From Eledone cirrhosa (Eukaryota), in assembly GCA_964016885.1 (NCBI GenBank), contig OZ024741.1, positions 410,750,001 to 410,814,000 on the forward strand: DNA of 64,000 nt. Reading direction: 5' to 3'. Below are positions 38,346 to 55,700 of this stretch, piece after piece (positions within the stretch are counted from its first letter, which is position 1; each line of letters starts with the position of its first letter). The notes beneath the pieces were generated by a model, which was given only the letters and a program-made list of their open reading frames with translations, searched no databases and was not told the origin of the DNA. Made by a program: the position numbers and the translations under genes.

Positions 38346-41300
38346 ATGTCCTACTGTTATATTATATTGTTCTATATGTACTGTGTTATACGTATGACCT
38401 ACAGTTATATTATATTGTTCTATATCCTCTGTTATACCTATGTCCTACTGTTATATTATATTGTTCTATATCCTCTGTTATACCTATATCCTACTGTTAT
38501 ATTATATTGTTCTATATCCTGTGTTCTACGTATGTCATACTGTTATATTATATTGTAATATATCCTCTGTTATACCTATATCCTACTGTTATATTATATT
38601 GTTCTATATCCTCTGTGTTATACGTATGTCCTACTGTTATATTATATTGTTCTCTATCCTCTGTTATACGTATGTCCTACTGTTATATTATATTTTTCTA
38701 TATCCTCTGTGGTATACGTATGTCCTACTGTTAAATTATATTTTAATATATCCTCTGTTATACATATATCCTAGTGTTATATTATATTGATCTATATCCT
38801 CTGTTATACCTATGTCCTACTGTTATATTATATTGTTCTATATCCTATATGTTATACGTATGTCCTACTGTTATATTATATAGTTCTATATCCTCTGTTA
38901 TACCTATATTTTACTGTTATCTTATATTGTTCTATATCCTCTGTGTTATACCTATGTCCTACAGTTATATTATATTGTTCTATATCCTCTGTTATACCTA
39001 TGTCCTTCTGTTTTATTATATTGTTCTATATCCCCTGTGTTATGCGTATGTCATTCTGTTATATTATATTGTTCTATATCCTCTGTTATACGTATGTCCT
39101 ACTGTTATATTATATTGTTCTATATCCTCTGTGTTATACGTATGTCCTACTGTTATATTATATTGTTCTATATCCTCTGTGTTATACCTATGTCCTACTG
39201 TTATATTTTATTATTTTATATCCTCTGTGTTATACGTATGTCCTACTGTTATAGTATATTGTTCTATATCCTCTGTGTTATACCTATATCCTACTGTTAT
39301 ATTATATTGTTCTATATTCTCTGTGTTATACGTATGACCTACAGTTATATTATATTGTTCTATATCCTCTGTTATACCTATGTCCTACTGTTATATTATA
39401 TTGTTCTATATCCTCTGTTATACCTATATCCTACTGTTATATTATATTGTTCTATATCCGCTGTGTTCTACGTATGTCCTACTGTTCTAGTATATTGTAA
39501 TATATCCTCTGTTATACCTATATCCTACTGTTATATTATATTGTTCTATATCCTCTGTGTTATACGTATGTCCTACTGTTATATTATATTGTTCTATATC
39601 CTCTGTTATACCTATATCCTACTGTTATATTATATTGTTCTATATCCTCTGTGTTATACCTATGTCCTTCTGTTATATTATATTGTACTATATCACCTGT
39701 GTTATGCGTATGTCCTTCTGTTATATTATATTGTTCTATATCCTCTGTTATACGTATGTCCTACTGTTATATTATATTGTTCTATATCCTCTGTTATACG
39801 TATGTCCTACTGTTTTATTATATTGTTCTATATCCTATGTTATACCAGTGTCCAACTGTTATATTATATTGTTCTATATCCTCTGTGTTATACGTATGTG
39901 CTACTGTTATATTATATTGTTCTATATCTTCTGAGTTATACCTATGTCCTACTGTAATATTATATTGTTCTATATCCTCTGTGTTATACCATGTCCTATT
40001 GTAATATTATATTGTTCTATATCCTCTGTGTTATACCTATGTCCTACTGTTATATTATATTGTTCTATATCCTCAGTTATACGTATGTCCTACTGTTATA
40101 TTTTATTGTTCTATATCCTCTGTGTTATACGTATGTGCTACTGTTATATTATATTGTTATATATCCTCTGTGTTATACCTATGTCGTACTGTAATATTAT
40201 ATTGTTCTATATCCTCTGTGTTATAAGTATGTCCTACTGTTATATTATATTGTTCTATATCCTCTGTTATACGTATGTCCTACTGTTTTATTATATTGTT
40301 CTATATCCTCTGTGTTATACCTATGTCCTACTGTTATATTATATTGTTCTATATCATCTGTGTTATACCTATATCCTACTGTTATATTATATTCTTCTAT
40401 ATCCTCTGTGTTTTACCTATTTCCTACTGTTATATCATATTGTTCTATATCCTCTATTATACGTTTGTCCTACTGTTACATTATATTGTTCTATATCCAC
40501 TGTTATACGTATGTCCTACTGTTATATTATATTGTATAATATCCTCTGTGTTATACGCATGTGCTACTGTTATATTATATTGTTCTATATCCTCTGTGTT
40601 ATACCTATGTCCTACTGTTATATTATATTGTTCTATATTCTCTGTTATACGTATGTCCTACTGTTATATTATATTGTTCTATATCCTCTGTGTTATACGT
40701 ATGTGCTACTGTTATATTATATTGTTCTATATCCTCTGTGTTTTACTTATTTCCTACTGTTATATCATGTTGTTCTATATCCTCTATTATACGTTTGTCC
40801 TACTGTTACATTATATTGTTCTATATCCTCTGTTATACGTATGTCCTACTGTTATATTATATTGTATAATATCCTCTGTGTTATACGCATGTGCTACTGT
40901 TATATTATATTGTTCTATATCCTCTGAGTTATACGTATGTCCTACTGTTACATTATATTGTTCTATATCCTCTGTTGTTATACGTATGTCCTACTGTTAT
41001 ATTATATTGTTCTATATCTTCAGAGTTATACCTATGTCCTACTATTATATTATAATGTTCTATATCCTCTGTTATACGTATGTCCTACTGTTACATTATA
41101 TTGTTCTATATCCTCTGTTATACGTATGTCCTACTGTTATATTTTATTGTTCTATATCCTCTGTGTTATACGTATGTGCTTTCTGTTTTATTATGTTGTT
41201 CTATATCCTCTGTGTTATACGTATGTCCTACTGTTATAGTATATTGTAATATATCCTCTGTTATACCTATATCCTACTGTTATATTATATTGTTCTATAT

Positions 41301-44300
41301 CCTCTGTGTTATACGTATGTCATACTGTTATATTATATTGTTCTATATCTTCTGTGTTATACGTATGTCCTACTGTTATATTATATTGTTCTATATCCTC
41401 TGTTATACCTGTGTCCTACTGTTATATTCTATTGATCTATATCCTCTGTGTTATACCTATTTCCTACTGTTATATTATATTGTTCTATATCCTCTGTTAT
41501 ACGTATGTCCTACTGTTACATTATATTATTCTATATCCTCTGTTATACTGTTATATTTTATTGTTCTTTATCCTCTGTGTTATACGTATGTGCTTTCTGT
41601 TATATTATATTGTTCTATATTCTCTGTGTTATACCTATGGCCTACGGTAGTATTATATTATTCTATATCCTCTGTGTTATACGTATGTCATACTGCTATA
41701 TTATATTGTTCTATATCCTCTGTGTTATACCTATTTCCTACTGTTATATTATATTGTATAATATCCTCTGTATTATACGTATGTCCTACTGTTATATTAT
41801 ATTGTTCTATATCCTCTGTGTTATACGTATGTCCTACTGTTATATTATATTGTTCTATATCCTCTGTGTTACACTTATGTCCTACTGTTATATAATATTG
41901 TTCTATATCCTCTGTGTTATACCCATGTCCTACTGTTATATTATATTGTTCTATATCCTCGGTGTTATACGTATGTCCTACTGTTATAGTATATTGTAAT
42001 ATATCCTCTGTTATACCTATATCCTACTGTTATATTATATTGTTCTATATCCTCTGTGTTATACGTATGTCCTACTGTTATATTATATTGTTCTATATCC
42101 TCTGTTATACCTATATCCTACTGTTATATTATATTGTTCTATATCTTCTGTGTTATACCTATGTCCTACTGTTATATTATATTGTTCTATATCCACTGTA
42201 TTATACCTATGTCCTACTGTTATATTATATTGGTCTATATCCTCTGTTATACCTATATCCTACTGTTATATTATATTGTTCTATATCCTCTGTGTTATAC
42301 CTATGTCCTTCTGTTATATTATATTGTTCTATATCCCCTGTGTTATGCGTATGTCCTTATGTTATATTATATTGTTCTATATCCTCTGTTATACGTATGT
42401 CCTACTGTTATATTATATTGTTCTATATCGTCTGTTATACGTATGTTCTCCTGTTACATTGTATTGTTCTATATCCTCTGTTATACGTATGTCCTACTGT
42501 TATATTATATTGTTCTATATCTTCTGTGTTATACGTATGTCCTACTGTTATATTATATTGTTCTATATCCTCTGTTATACCTGTGTCCTACTGTTATATT
42601 ATATTGTTCTATATCCTCTGTGTTATACCTATTTCCTACTGTTATATTATATTGTTCTATATCCTCTGTTATACGTATGTCCTACTGTTACATTATATTA
42701 TTCTATATCCTCTGTTATACTGTTATATTTTATTGTTCTTTATCCTCTGTGTTATACGTATGTGCTTTCTGTTATATTATATTGTTCTATATTCTCTGTG
42801 TTATACCTATGGCCTACTGTAGTATTATATTATTCTATATCCTCTGTGTTATACGTATGTCATACTGCTATATTATATTGTTCTATATCCTCTGTGTTAT
42901 ACCTATTTCCTACTGTTATATTATATTGTATAATATCCTCTGTATTATACGTATGTCCTACTGTTATATTATAGTGTTCTATATCCTCTGTGTTATACGT
43001 ATGTCCTACTGTTATATTATATTGTTCTATATCCTCTGTGTTACACTTATGTCCTACTGTTATATAATATTGTTCTATATCCTCTGTGTTATACCCATGT
43101 CCTACTGTTATATTATATTGTTCTGTATCCTCGGTGTTATACGTATGTCCTACTGTTATAGTATATTGTAATATATCCTCTGTTATACCTATATCCTACT
43201 GTTATATTATATTGTTCTATATCCTCTGTGTTATACGTATGTCCTACTGTTATATTATATTGTTCTATATCCTCCTTGTTATACCTATGTCCTACTGTTA
43301 TATTATATTGTTCTATATCCTCTGTGTTATACCTATGTCCTACTCTTATATTATATTGTTCTATATCCTATGTGTTATACCTATGTCCTACTCTTATATT
43401 ATATTGTTCTATATCCTCTGTGTTATACCTATGTCCTACTGTTATATTATATTGTTCTATATCCTCTGTGTTATACCGATGTCCTTCTGTTATATTATAT
43501 TGTTCTATATCCTCCTCGTTATACCTATGTCCTACTGTTATATTATATTGTTCTATATCCTCTGTGTTATACCTATGTCCTACTCTTATGTTATATTGTT
43601 CTATATCCTATGTGTTATACCTATGTCCTACTGTTATATTATATTGTTCTATATCCTCTGTTATACCTATATCCTACTGTTATATTATATTGTTCTATAT
43701 ACTCTGTGTTATACCTATGTCCTTCTGTTATATTATACTGTTCTATATCTCCTGTGTTATGCGTATGTCCTTCTGTTATATTATATTGTTCTATATCCTC
43801 TGTGTTATATCTCTATCCTACTGTTATATAATATTGTTCTATATCCTCTGTGTTATACGTATGTGCTACTGTTATATTATATTGTTCTATATCCTCTGTG
43901 TTATACCTATGTCCTACTGTTATATTATTCTGTTCTATATCCTCGGTGTTAAACGTATGACCTACAGTTATATTATATTGTTCTATATCCTCTGTTATAC
44001 CTATATCCTACTGTTATATTATATTGTTCTATATCTTCTGTGTTATACCTACGCCCTACTGTTATATTATATTGTTCTATATCCTCTGTATTATACCTAT
44101 GTCCTACTGTTATATTATATTGGTCTATATCCTCTGTTATACCTATATCCTACTGTTATATTATATTGTTCTATATCCCCTGTGTTATGCGTATGTCCTT
44201 ATGTTATATTATATTGTTCTATATCCTGTGTTATACGTATGTCCTACTGTTTTATTATATTGTTCTATATCCTCTGTTATACCTGTGTCCTACTGTTATA

Positions 44301-47300
44301 TTATATTGTTCTATATCCTCTGAGTTATACCTATGTGCTACTGTTATATTATATTGTTCTATATCGTCTGTTATACGTATGTTCTCCTGTTACATTGTAT
44401 TGTTCTATATCCTCTGTTATACGTATGTCCGACTGTTATATTATATTGTTCTATATCTTCTGTGTTATACGTATGTCCTACTGTTATATTATATTGTTCT
44501 ATATCCTCTGTTAAACCTGTGTCCTACTGTTATATTATATTCTTCTATATCCTCTGTGTTATACCTATTTCCTACTGTTATATTATATTGTTCTATATCC
44601 TCTGTTATACGTATGTCCTACTGTTACATTATATTATTCTATATCCTCTGTTATATTTTATTGTTCTTTATCCTCTGTGTTATACGTATGTGCTTTCTGT
44701 TATATTATATTGTTCTATATTCTCTGTGTTATACCTATGGCCTACTGTAGTATTATATTATTCTATATCCTCTGTGTTATACGTATGTCATACTGATATA
44801 TTATATTGTTCTATATCCTCTGTGTTATACCTATTTCCTACTGTTATATTATATTGTATAATATCCTCTGTATTATACGTATGTCCTACTGTTATATTAT
44901 ATTGTTCTATATCCTCTGTGTTATACGTACGTCCTACTGTTATATTATATTGTTCTATATCCTCTGTGTTACACTTATGTCCTACTGTTATATAATATTG
45001 TTCTATATCCTCTGTGTTATACCCATGTCCTACTGTTATATTATATTGTTCTATATCCTCGGTGCTATACGTATGTCCTTCTGTTATAGTATATTGTAAT
45101 ATATCCTCTGTTATACCTATATCCTACTGTTATATTATATTGTTCTATATCCTCTGTGTTATACGTATGTCCTACTGTTATATTATATTGTTCTATATCC
45201 TCTGTTATACCTATATCCTACTGTTATATTATATTGTTCTATATCTTCTGTGTTATACCTATGTCCTACTGTTATATTATATTGTTCTATATCGTCTGTT
45301 ATACGTATGTTCTCCTGTTACATTGTATTGTTCTATATCCTCTGTTATACGTATGTCCTACTGTTATATTATATTGTTCTATATCCTCTGTGTTATACTT
45401 ATGTCCTACTGTTATATTATATTGTTCTATATCTTCTGAGTTATCCCTATGTCCTACTGTTATATTATAATGTTCTATATCCTCTGTTATACCTATGTCC
45501 TACTGTTACATTATATTGTTCTGTATCCTCTGTTATACGTATGTCCTACTGTTATATTTTATTGTTCCATATCCTCTGTGTTATACGTATATGCTTTCTG
45601 TTATATTATATTGTTCTATATCCTCTGTGTTATACGTAAGTCACACTGCTATATTATATTGTTCTATATCCTCTGTGTTATACCTATTTCCTACTGTTAT
45701 ATTATATTGTTCTATATCCTCTGTTATACGTATGTCCTACTGTTACATTATATTATTCTATATCCTCTGTTATACGTATGTCCGACTGTTATATTATATT
45801 GTATAATATCTTCTGTATTATACGTATGTGGAACTGTTATATTATATTGTTCTATATCCTCTGTGTTATACGTATGTCCTACTGTTATATTATATTGTTC
45901 TATATCCTCTGTGTTATACCTATGTCCTACTGTTATATTATTCTGTTCTATATCCTCGGTGTTAAACGTATGACCTACAGTTATATTATATTGTTCTATA
46001 TCCTCTGTTATACCTATATCCTACTGTTATATTATATTGTTCTATATCCTCTGTGTTATACCTATGTCCTACTGTTATATTATATTGTTCTATATCCTCT
46101 ATTATACGTGTGTCCTACTTTTATATTATATTGTTCTATATCCTCTGTGTTATACCTATGTCCTACTGTTATATTATATTGTTCTATATCCTCTGTTATA
46201 CCTATATCCTACTGTTATATTATATTGTTCTATATCCTCTATTATACGTGTGTCCTACTGTTATAGTATTTTGTTCTATATCCTCTGTTATACCTATGTC
46301 CTACTGTTATATTATATTGTTCTATATCCTCTGTGTTATACCTATGTCAATCTGTTATATTATATTGTTCTATATCCCCTGTGTTATGCGTATGTCCTTA
46401 TGTTATATTATATTCTTCTATATCCTCTGTTATACGTATGTCCTACTGTTTTATTATATTGTTCTATATCCTCTGTTATACCTGTGTACTACTGTTATAT
46501 TATATTGTTCTATATCCTCTGAGTTATACCTATGTCCTACTGTTATATTATATTGTTCTATATCCTCTGTTATACGTATGTCCTACTGTTACATTATATT
46601 GTTCTATATCCCCTGTTATACGTATGTCCTGCTGTTATATTATATTCTTCTATATCCTCTGTGTTATACGTATGTGCTAGTGTTATATTATACTGTTCTA
46701 TATTCTCTGTGTTATACCATTTCCTATTGTAAGATTATATTGTTCTATATCCTCTGTTATACGTATGTCCTACTGTTATATTTTATTGTTCTATATCCTC
46801 TGTGTTATACGTATGTGCTTCTGTTATATTATATTGTTCTATATTCTCTGTGTTATACCATGTCCTATTGTAATATTATATTGTTCTATATCCTCTTTAT
46901 TATACGTATGTCCTACTGTTATATTATATTGTTCTATATATTCTGTTATACGTATGTCATACTGTTTTATTATATTGTTCTATATCTTCTGAGTTATACC
47001 TATGTCCTACCGTTATATTATAATGTTCTATATCCTCTGTTATACGTATGTCCTACTGTTACAACATATTGTTCTATATCCTCTGTTATACGTATGTTTT
47101 ACTGTTATATTGTATTGTTCTATATCCTCTATTATACCTGTGTCCTACTGTTATATTATATTGTTCTATAACCTCTGTGTTATACCTATTTCCTACTGTT
47201 ATATTATATCGTTCTATATCCTCTGTTATACGTATATCCTACTGTTACATTATATTGTTCTATATCCTCTGTTATACGTATGTCCTACTGTTATATTATA

Positions 47301-49752
47301 TTGTATAATGTCCTCTGTGTTATACGTATGTGCTACTGTTATATTATATTATTCTATATTCTCTGTGTTATACCTATGTCCTACTGTTATATTATATTGT
47401 TCTATATACTCTGTGTTATACCTATGTCCTACTGTTATATTATATTGTTTCATATCCTCTGTGTTATACGTATGTGCTACTGTTATATTATATTGTTCTA
47501 TATCCTCTGTGTTATACATATGTCCTACTGTTATATTATATTATTACATATGCTCTGTTTTATACGTATGTCCTACTGTTATATTATATTATTTTATATC
47601 CTCTGTGTTATATTATATTGTTCTATATCCTCTGTGTTATACATATGTCCTACTGTTATATTATATTGTTCTATATCCTCTGTGTTATATCTCTGTCCTA
47701 CTGTTATATTATATTGTTCTATATTCTCTGTGTTATACGTATGTTCTACTGTTATATTATATAGTTCTATATCCTCTGTGTTATACCTATGTCCTACTGT
47801 TATGTTATATTGTTCTATATCCTCTGTGTTATACCGATGTCCTTCTGTTATATTATATTGTTCTATATCCTCCTTGTTATACCTATGTCCTACTGTTATA
47901 TTATATTGTTCTATATCCTCTGTGTTATACCTATCTCCTACTCTTATATTATATTGTTCTATATCCTATGTGTTATACCTATGTCCTACTGTTATATTAT
48001 ATTGTTCTATATCCTCTGTTATACCTATATCCTACTGTTATATTATATTGTTCTATATACTCTGTGTTATACCTATGTCCTTCTGTTATATTATACTGTT
48101 CTATATCTCCTGTGTTATGCGTATGTCCTTCTGTTATATTATATTGTTCTATATCCTCTGTGTTATATCTCTATCCTACTGTTATATAATATTGTTCTAT
48201 ATCCTCTCTGTTATACGTATGTCCTACTGTTATATTGTATTGTTCTATATCCTCTGTGTTATACATATGTCCTACTGTTAGATTATATTGTTCTATGTCC
48301 TCTGTGTTATATCTCTGTCCTACTGTTATATTATATTGTTCTATATCCTCTGTGTTATACGTATGTCCTACTGTTATATTATATTGTTCTATATCCTCTG
48401 TGTTATACCTATGTCCTACTGTTATATTATATTGTTCTATATCCTCTGTTATACGTATGTCCTACTGTTATATTATATTGTTCTATATCCTCTGAGTTAT
48501 ACCTATGTCCTACTGTTATATTATATTGTTCTATATCCTCTGTGTTATAGGTATGTGTTACTGTTATATTATATTGTTCTATATCCTCTGTTATACGTAT
48601 GTCCTACTGTTACATTATATTGTTCTCTATCCTCTGTTATACGTATGTCCTACTGTTATATTTTATTGTTCTATATCCTCTGTGTTATACGTATGTGCTA
48701 CTGTTATATTATACTGTTCTATATTCTCTGTGTTATACCATGTCCTACTGTAATATTATATTGTTCTATATCCTCTGTGTTATACGTATGTCCTACTGTT
48801 ATATTATATTGTTCTATATATTCTGTTATACGTATGTACTACTGTTTTATTATATTGTTCTATATCCTCTGTTATACCTGTGTCCTACTGTTATATTATA
48901 TTGTTCTATATCTTCTGAGTTATACCTGTGTCCTGCTGTTATATTATATTGTTCTATATACTCTGTGTTATACGTATGTCCTACTGTTACATTATATTGT
49001 TCTATATCCTCTGTTATACGTATGTCCTACTGTTATATTTTATTGTTCTATATCCTCTGTGTTATACGTATGTGCTACTGTTATATTATATTGTTCTATA
49101 TCCTTTGTTTTATCCCTATATCCTACTGTTATATTATATTATTCTATATCCTCTGTGTTAAACGTATGTCCTACTGTTACATTAGATTCTTCTATATCCT
49201 CTGTTATACGTATGTCCTACTCTCATATTATATTGTTCTATATCCTCTGTGTTATACCTATCTACTACTGTTATATTATATTTTTCTATATCCTCTGTTA
49301 TACCTATGTCCTACTGTTATATTATATTGTTCTATATCCTCTGTGTTATACGTATGTCCTACTGTTATATTATATTGTTCTATATCCCCTGTGTTACACT
49401 TATGTCCTACTGTTATATTATATTGTTCTATAACTTCTGTGTTATACCTATGTCCTACTCTTATATTATATTGTTCTATATCCTCTGTTATACCTATATC
49501 CTACTGTTATATTATATTGCTCTATATCCTCTGTTATACCTATATCCTACTGTTAGATTTTATTGTTCTATATCCTTTGTGTTATACGTATGTCCTACTG
49601 TTATATTATATTGTTCTATATCCTCTGTGTTATACCATGTCCTACTGTAATATTATATTGTTCTATATCCTCTGTGTTATACGTATGTCCTACTGTTATA
49701 TTATATTGTTCTATATCCCATGTTATACGTATGTTCTATATCCTCTGTTATA
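38346..49752 (+). repeat. 46/48-bp satellite, forward block (ATGTCCTACTGTTATATTATATTGTTCTATATCCTCT[GT]GTTATAC[G/C]T)
   Basis: Continuous tandem array of roughly 240 units. Confidence 0.98.
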
Positions 49753-52700
49753 ATAAAACAGTAGGACATACGTATAACACAGAAGATATAGAACAATATA
49801 ATATAACAGAAGGACATAGTTATAACAGAGGATATAGGACAATATAATATAACAGTAGGATATACGTATAACACGGAGGATATAGAACAACATAATATAA
49901 CAGTAGGACATACGTATAACACAGAAGATATAGAACAATATAATATAACAGAAGGACATAGGTATAACAGAGGATATAGAACAATATAATATAACAGTAG
50001 GATATAGGTATAACAGAGGATATAGAACAATATAATATTACTGTAGGATATAGGTATAACAGAGGATATAGAATAATATCGTATAACATTAGGACCTACG
50101 TATAACAGAGGATATAGAAAATATAATATAACAGTAGGACAAACGTATAGCACAGAGGTTATCGTATAATAGTAGGATATAGGTATAACAGAGGATATAG
50201 AACAATATAATTTAACAGTAGGACATAAGAATAACACAGAGGATATAGAACAATATAATATAACAGTAGGACATAGGTATAACACAGTGGATATAGAACA
50301 ATATAATATAACATTAGGACATAGGTATTTCAGAGGATATAGAACAATATAATATAACAGTAGGCATATGTATAACACAGAGGATATAGTACAATATAAT
50401 ATAACAGTAGGACATACGTATAAGCCAGAGGATAGAGAACAATATAATATAACAGTCGGACGTACCTATAACAGAGGATATAGAACAATATAATGTACAG
50501 TAGGACATACGTATAACAGAGGATATAGAACAATATAATATAACAGTAGGACATACGTATAACAGAGGTTATAGAACAATATAATAGAACAATAGGACAT
50601 ACGTATAACACAGAGGATATAGAACAATATAATGTAACAGTAGGACATACGTATAACAGAGGATATAGAATAATATAATATAACAGTAGGACATACGTAT
50701 AACACAGAGGATATAGAACAATATAATATAACAGTAGGACATATGTATAACACAGAAGATATAGAACAATATAATATAACAGTATGACATAGGTATAACA
50801 CTGAGGATATGAAATAATATAATATAACAGTAGGACATAGGCATGACAGAGGATATAGAACAATATAATGTAACAGTAGGACATACGTATAACAGACGAT
50901 ATAGAACGATATAATATAACAGTAGGACATACGTATAAAACAGAGGATATAGAACAATATAATATAACAGTAGGACATACGTATAACAGAGGATATAGAA
51001 CAATATAATGTAACAGTAGGACATACGTATAACACAGAGGATATAGAAAAATATAATATAACAGTAGGACATAGGTATAACACAGAGGATATAGAACAAT
51101 ATAAATATAACAGTAGGACATATGTATAACACAGAAGATATAGAACAATATAATATAACAGTATGACATAGGTATAACACTGAGGATATGAAATAATGTA
51201 ATATAACAGTAGGACATTGGTATGACAGAGGATATAGAACAATATAATATAACAGTAGAACACAGCTATAACAGAGGATATAGAACAATATAATGTAACA
51301 GTAGGACATACGTATAACAGAGGATATAGAACAATATAATATAACAGTAGGACATACGTATAACACAGAGGATATAGAACAATATAATATAACAGTAGGA
51401 CATAGGTATAGCAGAGGATGTAGAACAATATAAGATAACAGTAGAACATAGGTATAACACATAGGTTGTAGAACAATATAATATAACAGTAGGACATAGG
51501 TATAACACAGGGGATATAAAATAATATAATATAACAGTAGGACATACGCATAGCACAGAAGATATAGAACAATATAATATAACAGTAGGTCATACGTATA
51601 ACACAGAGGATATAGATCAATATAATATAACAGTAGGACATATGTATGACAGAGGATATAAAACAATATAATATAACAGTAGAACACAGGTATAACAGGG
51701 GATATAGAACAACATAATGTAACATTAGGACATACGTATAACAGAGGATAGAGAACAATATAATATAACAGTAGGACATGCGTATAACACAGACGATATA
51801 GAACAATATAATATAACAGTAGGATATAGGTATAACAGAGGATATAGAACAATATAATATAACAGTAGGACATACGTGTAACACAGGGGATATAGAACAA
51901 TATAAAATAACAGTAGGACATAGGTATAACAGAGGATATAGAACAATATAATATAACAGTAGGATATAGGTATAACAGAGGATATAGAACAATATATTAT
52001 AACAGTAGGACATAGGTATAACAGAGGATAGAGTACAATATAATATAACAGTAGGACATACGTATAACACAGACGATATAGAACAATATAATATAACAGT
52101 AGGACATAGGTATAACAGAGGATATTGAACAATATAATATAACAGTAGGATATAGGTATAACAGACGATATAGAACTATATAATATAACAGTAGGACATA
52201 CGTATAGCACAGAGGATATAGAACAATATAATATAATAGTAGGATATAGGTATAACAGAGGATATAGAACAATATAATATAACAGTAGGCATATGTATAA
52301 CACAGAGAATAGAGTACAATATAATATAACAGTAGGACATACGTATAACACAGAGGATAGAGAACAATATAATATAACAGTAGGACATAGGTATAACAGA
52401 GGATAAAGAACAATATAATATAACACTAGGACAATGTATAACACAGAAGATATAGAACAATATAATATAACAGTAGGACATAGGTATGACAGAGGATATA
52501 GAACAATATAATATAACAGTAGGCATATGTATAACACACAGGATATAGTACAATATAATATAACAGTAGGACATACGTATAACAGAGGATATAGAACAAT
52601 ATTATGTAACAGTAGGACATACGTATAACAGAGGATATAGAACAATATAATATAACAGTAGGACATACGTATAACAGAGGATATAGAACAATATAATATA

Positions 52701-55700
52701 ACAGTAGGACATACGTATAACAGAGGATATAGAACAATATAATATAACAGTATGACATACGTATAACACAGAGGATATAGAACAATATAATATAACAGTA
52801 GAACATATGTATAACACAGAAGATATAGAACAATATAATATAACAGTATGACATAGGTATAACACTGAGGATATGAAATAATATAATATAACAGTAGGAC
52901 ATAGGTATGACAGAGGATATAGAACAATATAATATAACAGTAGGCATATGTATAACACACAGGATATAGTACAATATAATATAACAGTAGGACATACGTA
53001 TGACAGAGGATATAGAACAATATAATATAACGGTAGAACACAGATATAACAGAGGGTATAGAACAATATAATGTAACAGTAGGACATACGTATAACAGAG
53101 GATATAGAACGATATAATATAACAGTAGGACACGTATAAAACAGAGGATATAGAACAATATAATATAACAGTAGGACATACGTATAACAGAGGATATAGA
53201 ACAATATAATGTAACAGTAGGACATACGTATAACAGAAGATATTGAACAATATAATATAACACTAGGACAATGTATAACACAGAAGATATAGAACAATAT
53301 AATATAACAGTAGGACATAGGTATGATAGAGGATATAGAACAATATAATATAACAGTAGGCATATGTATAACACAGAGGATATAGTACAATATAATATAA
53401 CAGTAGGATATACGTATAACACAGAGGATATAGAATTATATAATATAACAGTCGGACATAGGTATAACAGAGGATATAGATCAATATAATATAACAGTAG
53501 GACATACGTATAACAGAGGATATAGAACAATATAATATAACGGTAGGACATACGTATAACAGAGGTTATAGAACAATATAATATAATAGTAGGATATAGG
53601 TATAATAGAGGATATAGAACAATATAATATAACAGTAGGACATAAGAATAACACAGAGGATATAGAACAATATAATATAACAGTAGGTCATAGGTATAAC
53701 AGAGGATAGAGAACAATATAATATAACACTAGGACAATGTATAACACAGAAGATATAGAACAATATAATATAACAGTAGGACATAGGTATGTCAGAGGAT
53801 ATAGAACAATATAATATAACAGTAGGCAGATGTATAACACAGAGGATATAGTACAATATAATATAACAGTAGGACATACGTATAAGCCAGAGGATATAGA
53901 ACAATATAATATAACAGTAGGACATACGTATAACAGAGGATATAGAACAATATAATGTAACAGTAGGACATACGTATAACAGAGGTTATAGAACAATATA
54001 ATATAACAGTAGGACATACGTATAACACAGAGGATATAGAACAATATAATATAACAGTAGGACATATGTATAACACAGAAGAAGATATAGAACAATATAA
54101 TATAACAGTATGACATAGGTATAACACTGAGGATATGAAATAATATAATATAACAGTAGGACATAGGTATGACAGAGGATATAGAACAATATAATATAAC
54201 AGTAGGACATACGTATAACAGAGAGGATATAGAACATTATAATATAACAGTAGAACACAGGTATAACAGAGGATATAGAACAATATAATATAACAGTAGG
54301 AGATAGGTATAGCAGAGGATATAGAACAATATAATATAACAGTAGTACATACGTATAACACAGAAGATATAGAACAATATAATATAACAGTAGGACATAG
54401 GTATAACAGAGGATATAGAACAATATAATATAACAGTAGGACATACGTATAACACAGAAGATATAGAACAATAAAATATAACAGTAGGATATAGTTATAA
54501 CAGAGGATATAGAAAAATATAAGATAACGGTAGGACATACATATTACACAGAGGATATAGAACAATATAATATAACATTCGGACATAGGTATAACACAGA
54601 GGATATAGAACAATATAATATAACAGTAGGACATAGGTATAACAGAGGATATAGTACAATATAATATAACAGTAGGACATACGTGTAACACAGGGGATAT
54701 AGAACAATATAAAATAACAGTAGGACATAGGTATAACAGAGGATATAGAACAATATAATATAAGAGTAGGATATAGGTATAACAGAGGATATAGAACAAT
54801 ATAATATAACAGTAGGACATACGTATAACACAGACGATATAGAACAATATAATATAACAGTAGGACATAGGTATAACAGAGGATATAGAACAATATAATA
54901 TAACAGTAGGACATAGTTTTAGCAGAGGATATAGAACAATATAATATAACAGAAGGACATAGGTATAACAGAGGATATAGAACAATATAATATAACAGTA
55001 GGACATACGTATAACACATAAGATATAGAACAATATAATATAACAGTAGAACATAGGTATAACAGAGTATATAGAACAATATAATATAACAGTAGGAGAT
55101 AGGTATAGCAGAGGATATAGAACAATATAATATAACAGTAGTACATACGTATAACACAGAAGATATAGAACGATATAATATAACATTCGGACATAGGTAT
55201 AACACAGAGGATATAAAATAATATAATATAACAGTAGGACATACTCATAACACATAAGAAATAGAACAATATAATATAACAGTAGGACATAGGTATAACA
55301 CAGAGGATATAGAACAATATAATATAACAGTAGGATATAGGTACAACAGAGGATATAGAACAATATCGTATAACAGTAGTACATACGTATAACACAGAAG
55401 ATATAGAACAATATAATATAACAGTAGGCATATGTATAACGCAGAGAATATAGTACAATATAATATAACACTAGGACATACGTATAACACAGAGGATATA
55501 GAACAATATAATATAACAGTAGGACATAGGTATAACAGAGGATATATAACAATATAATATAACTGTAGGATATAGGTATAACAGAGGATATAGAACAATA
55601 TAATATAACAGTAGGACATACGTATAACACAGACGATATAGAACAATATAATATAACAGTAGGACATAGGTATAACAGAGGATATAGAACAATATAATAT

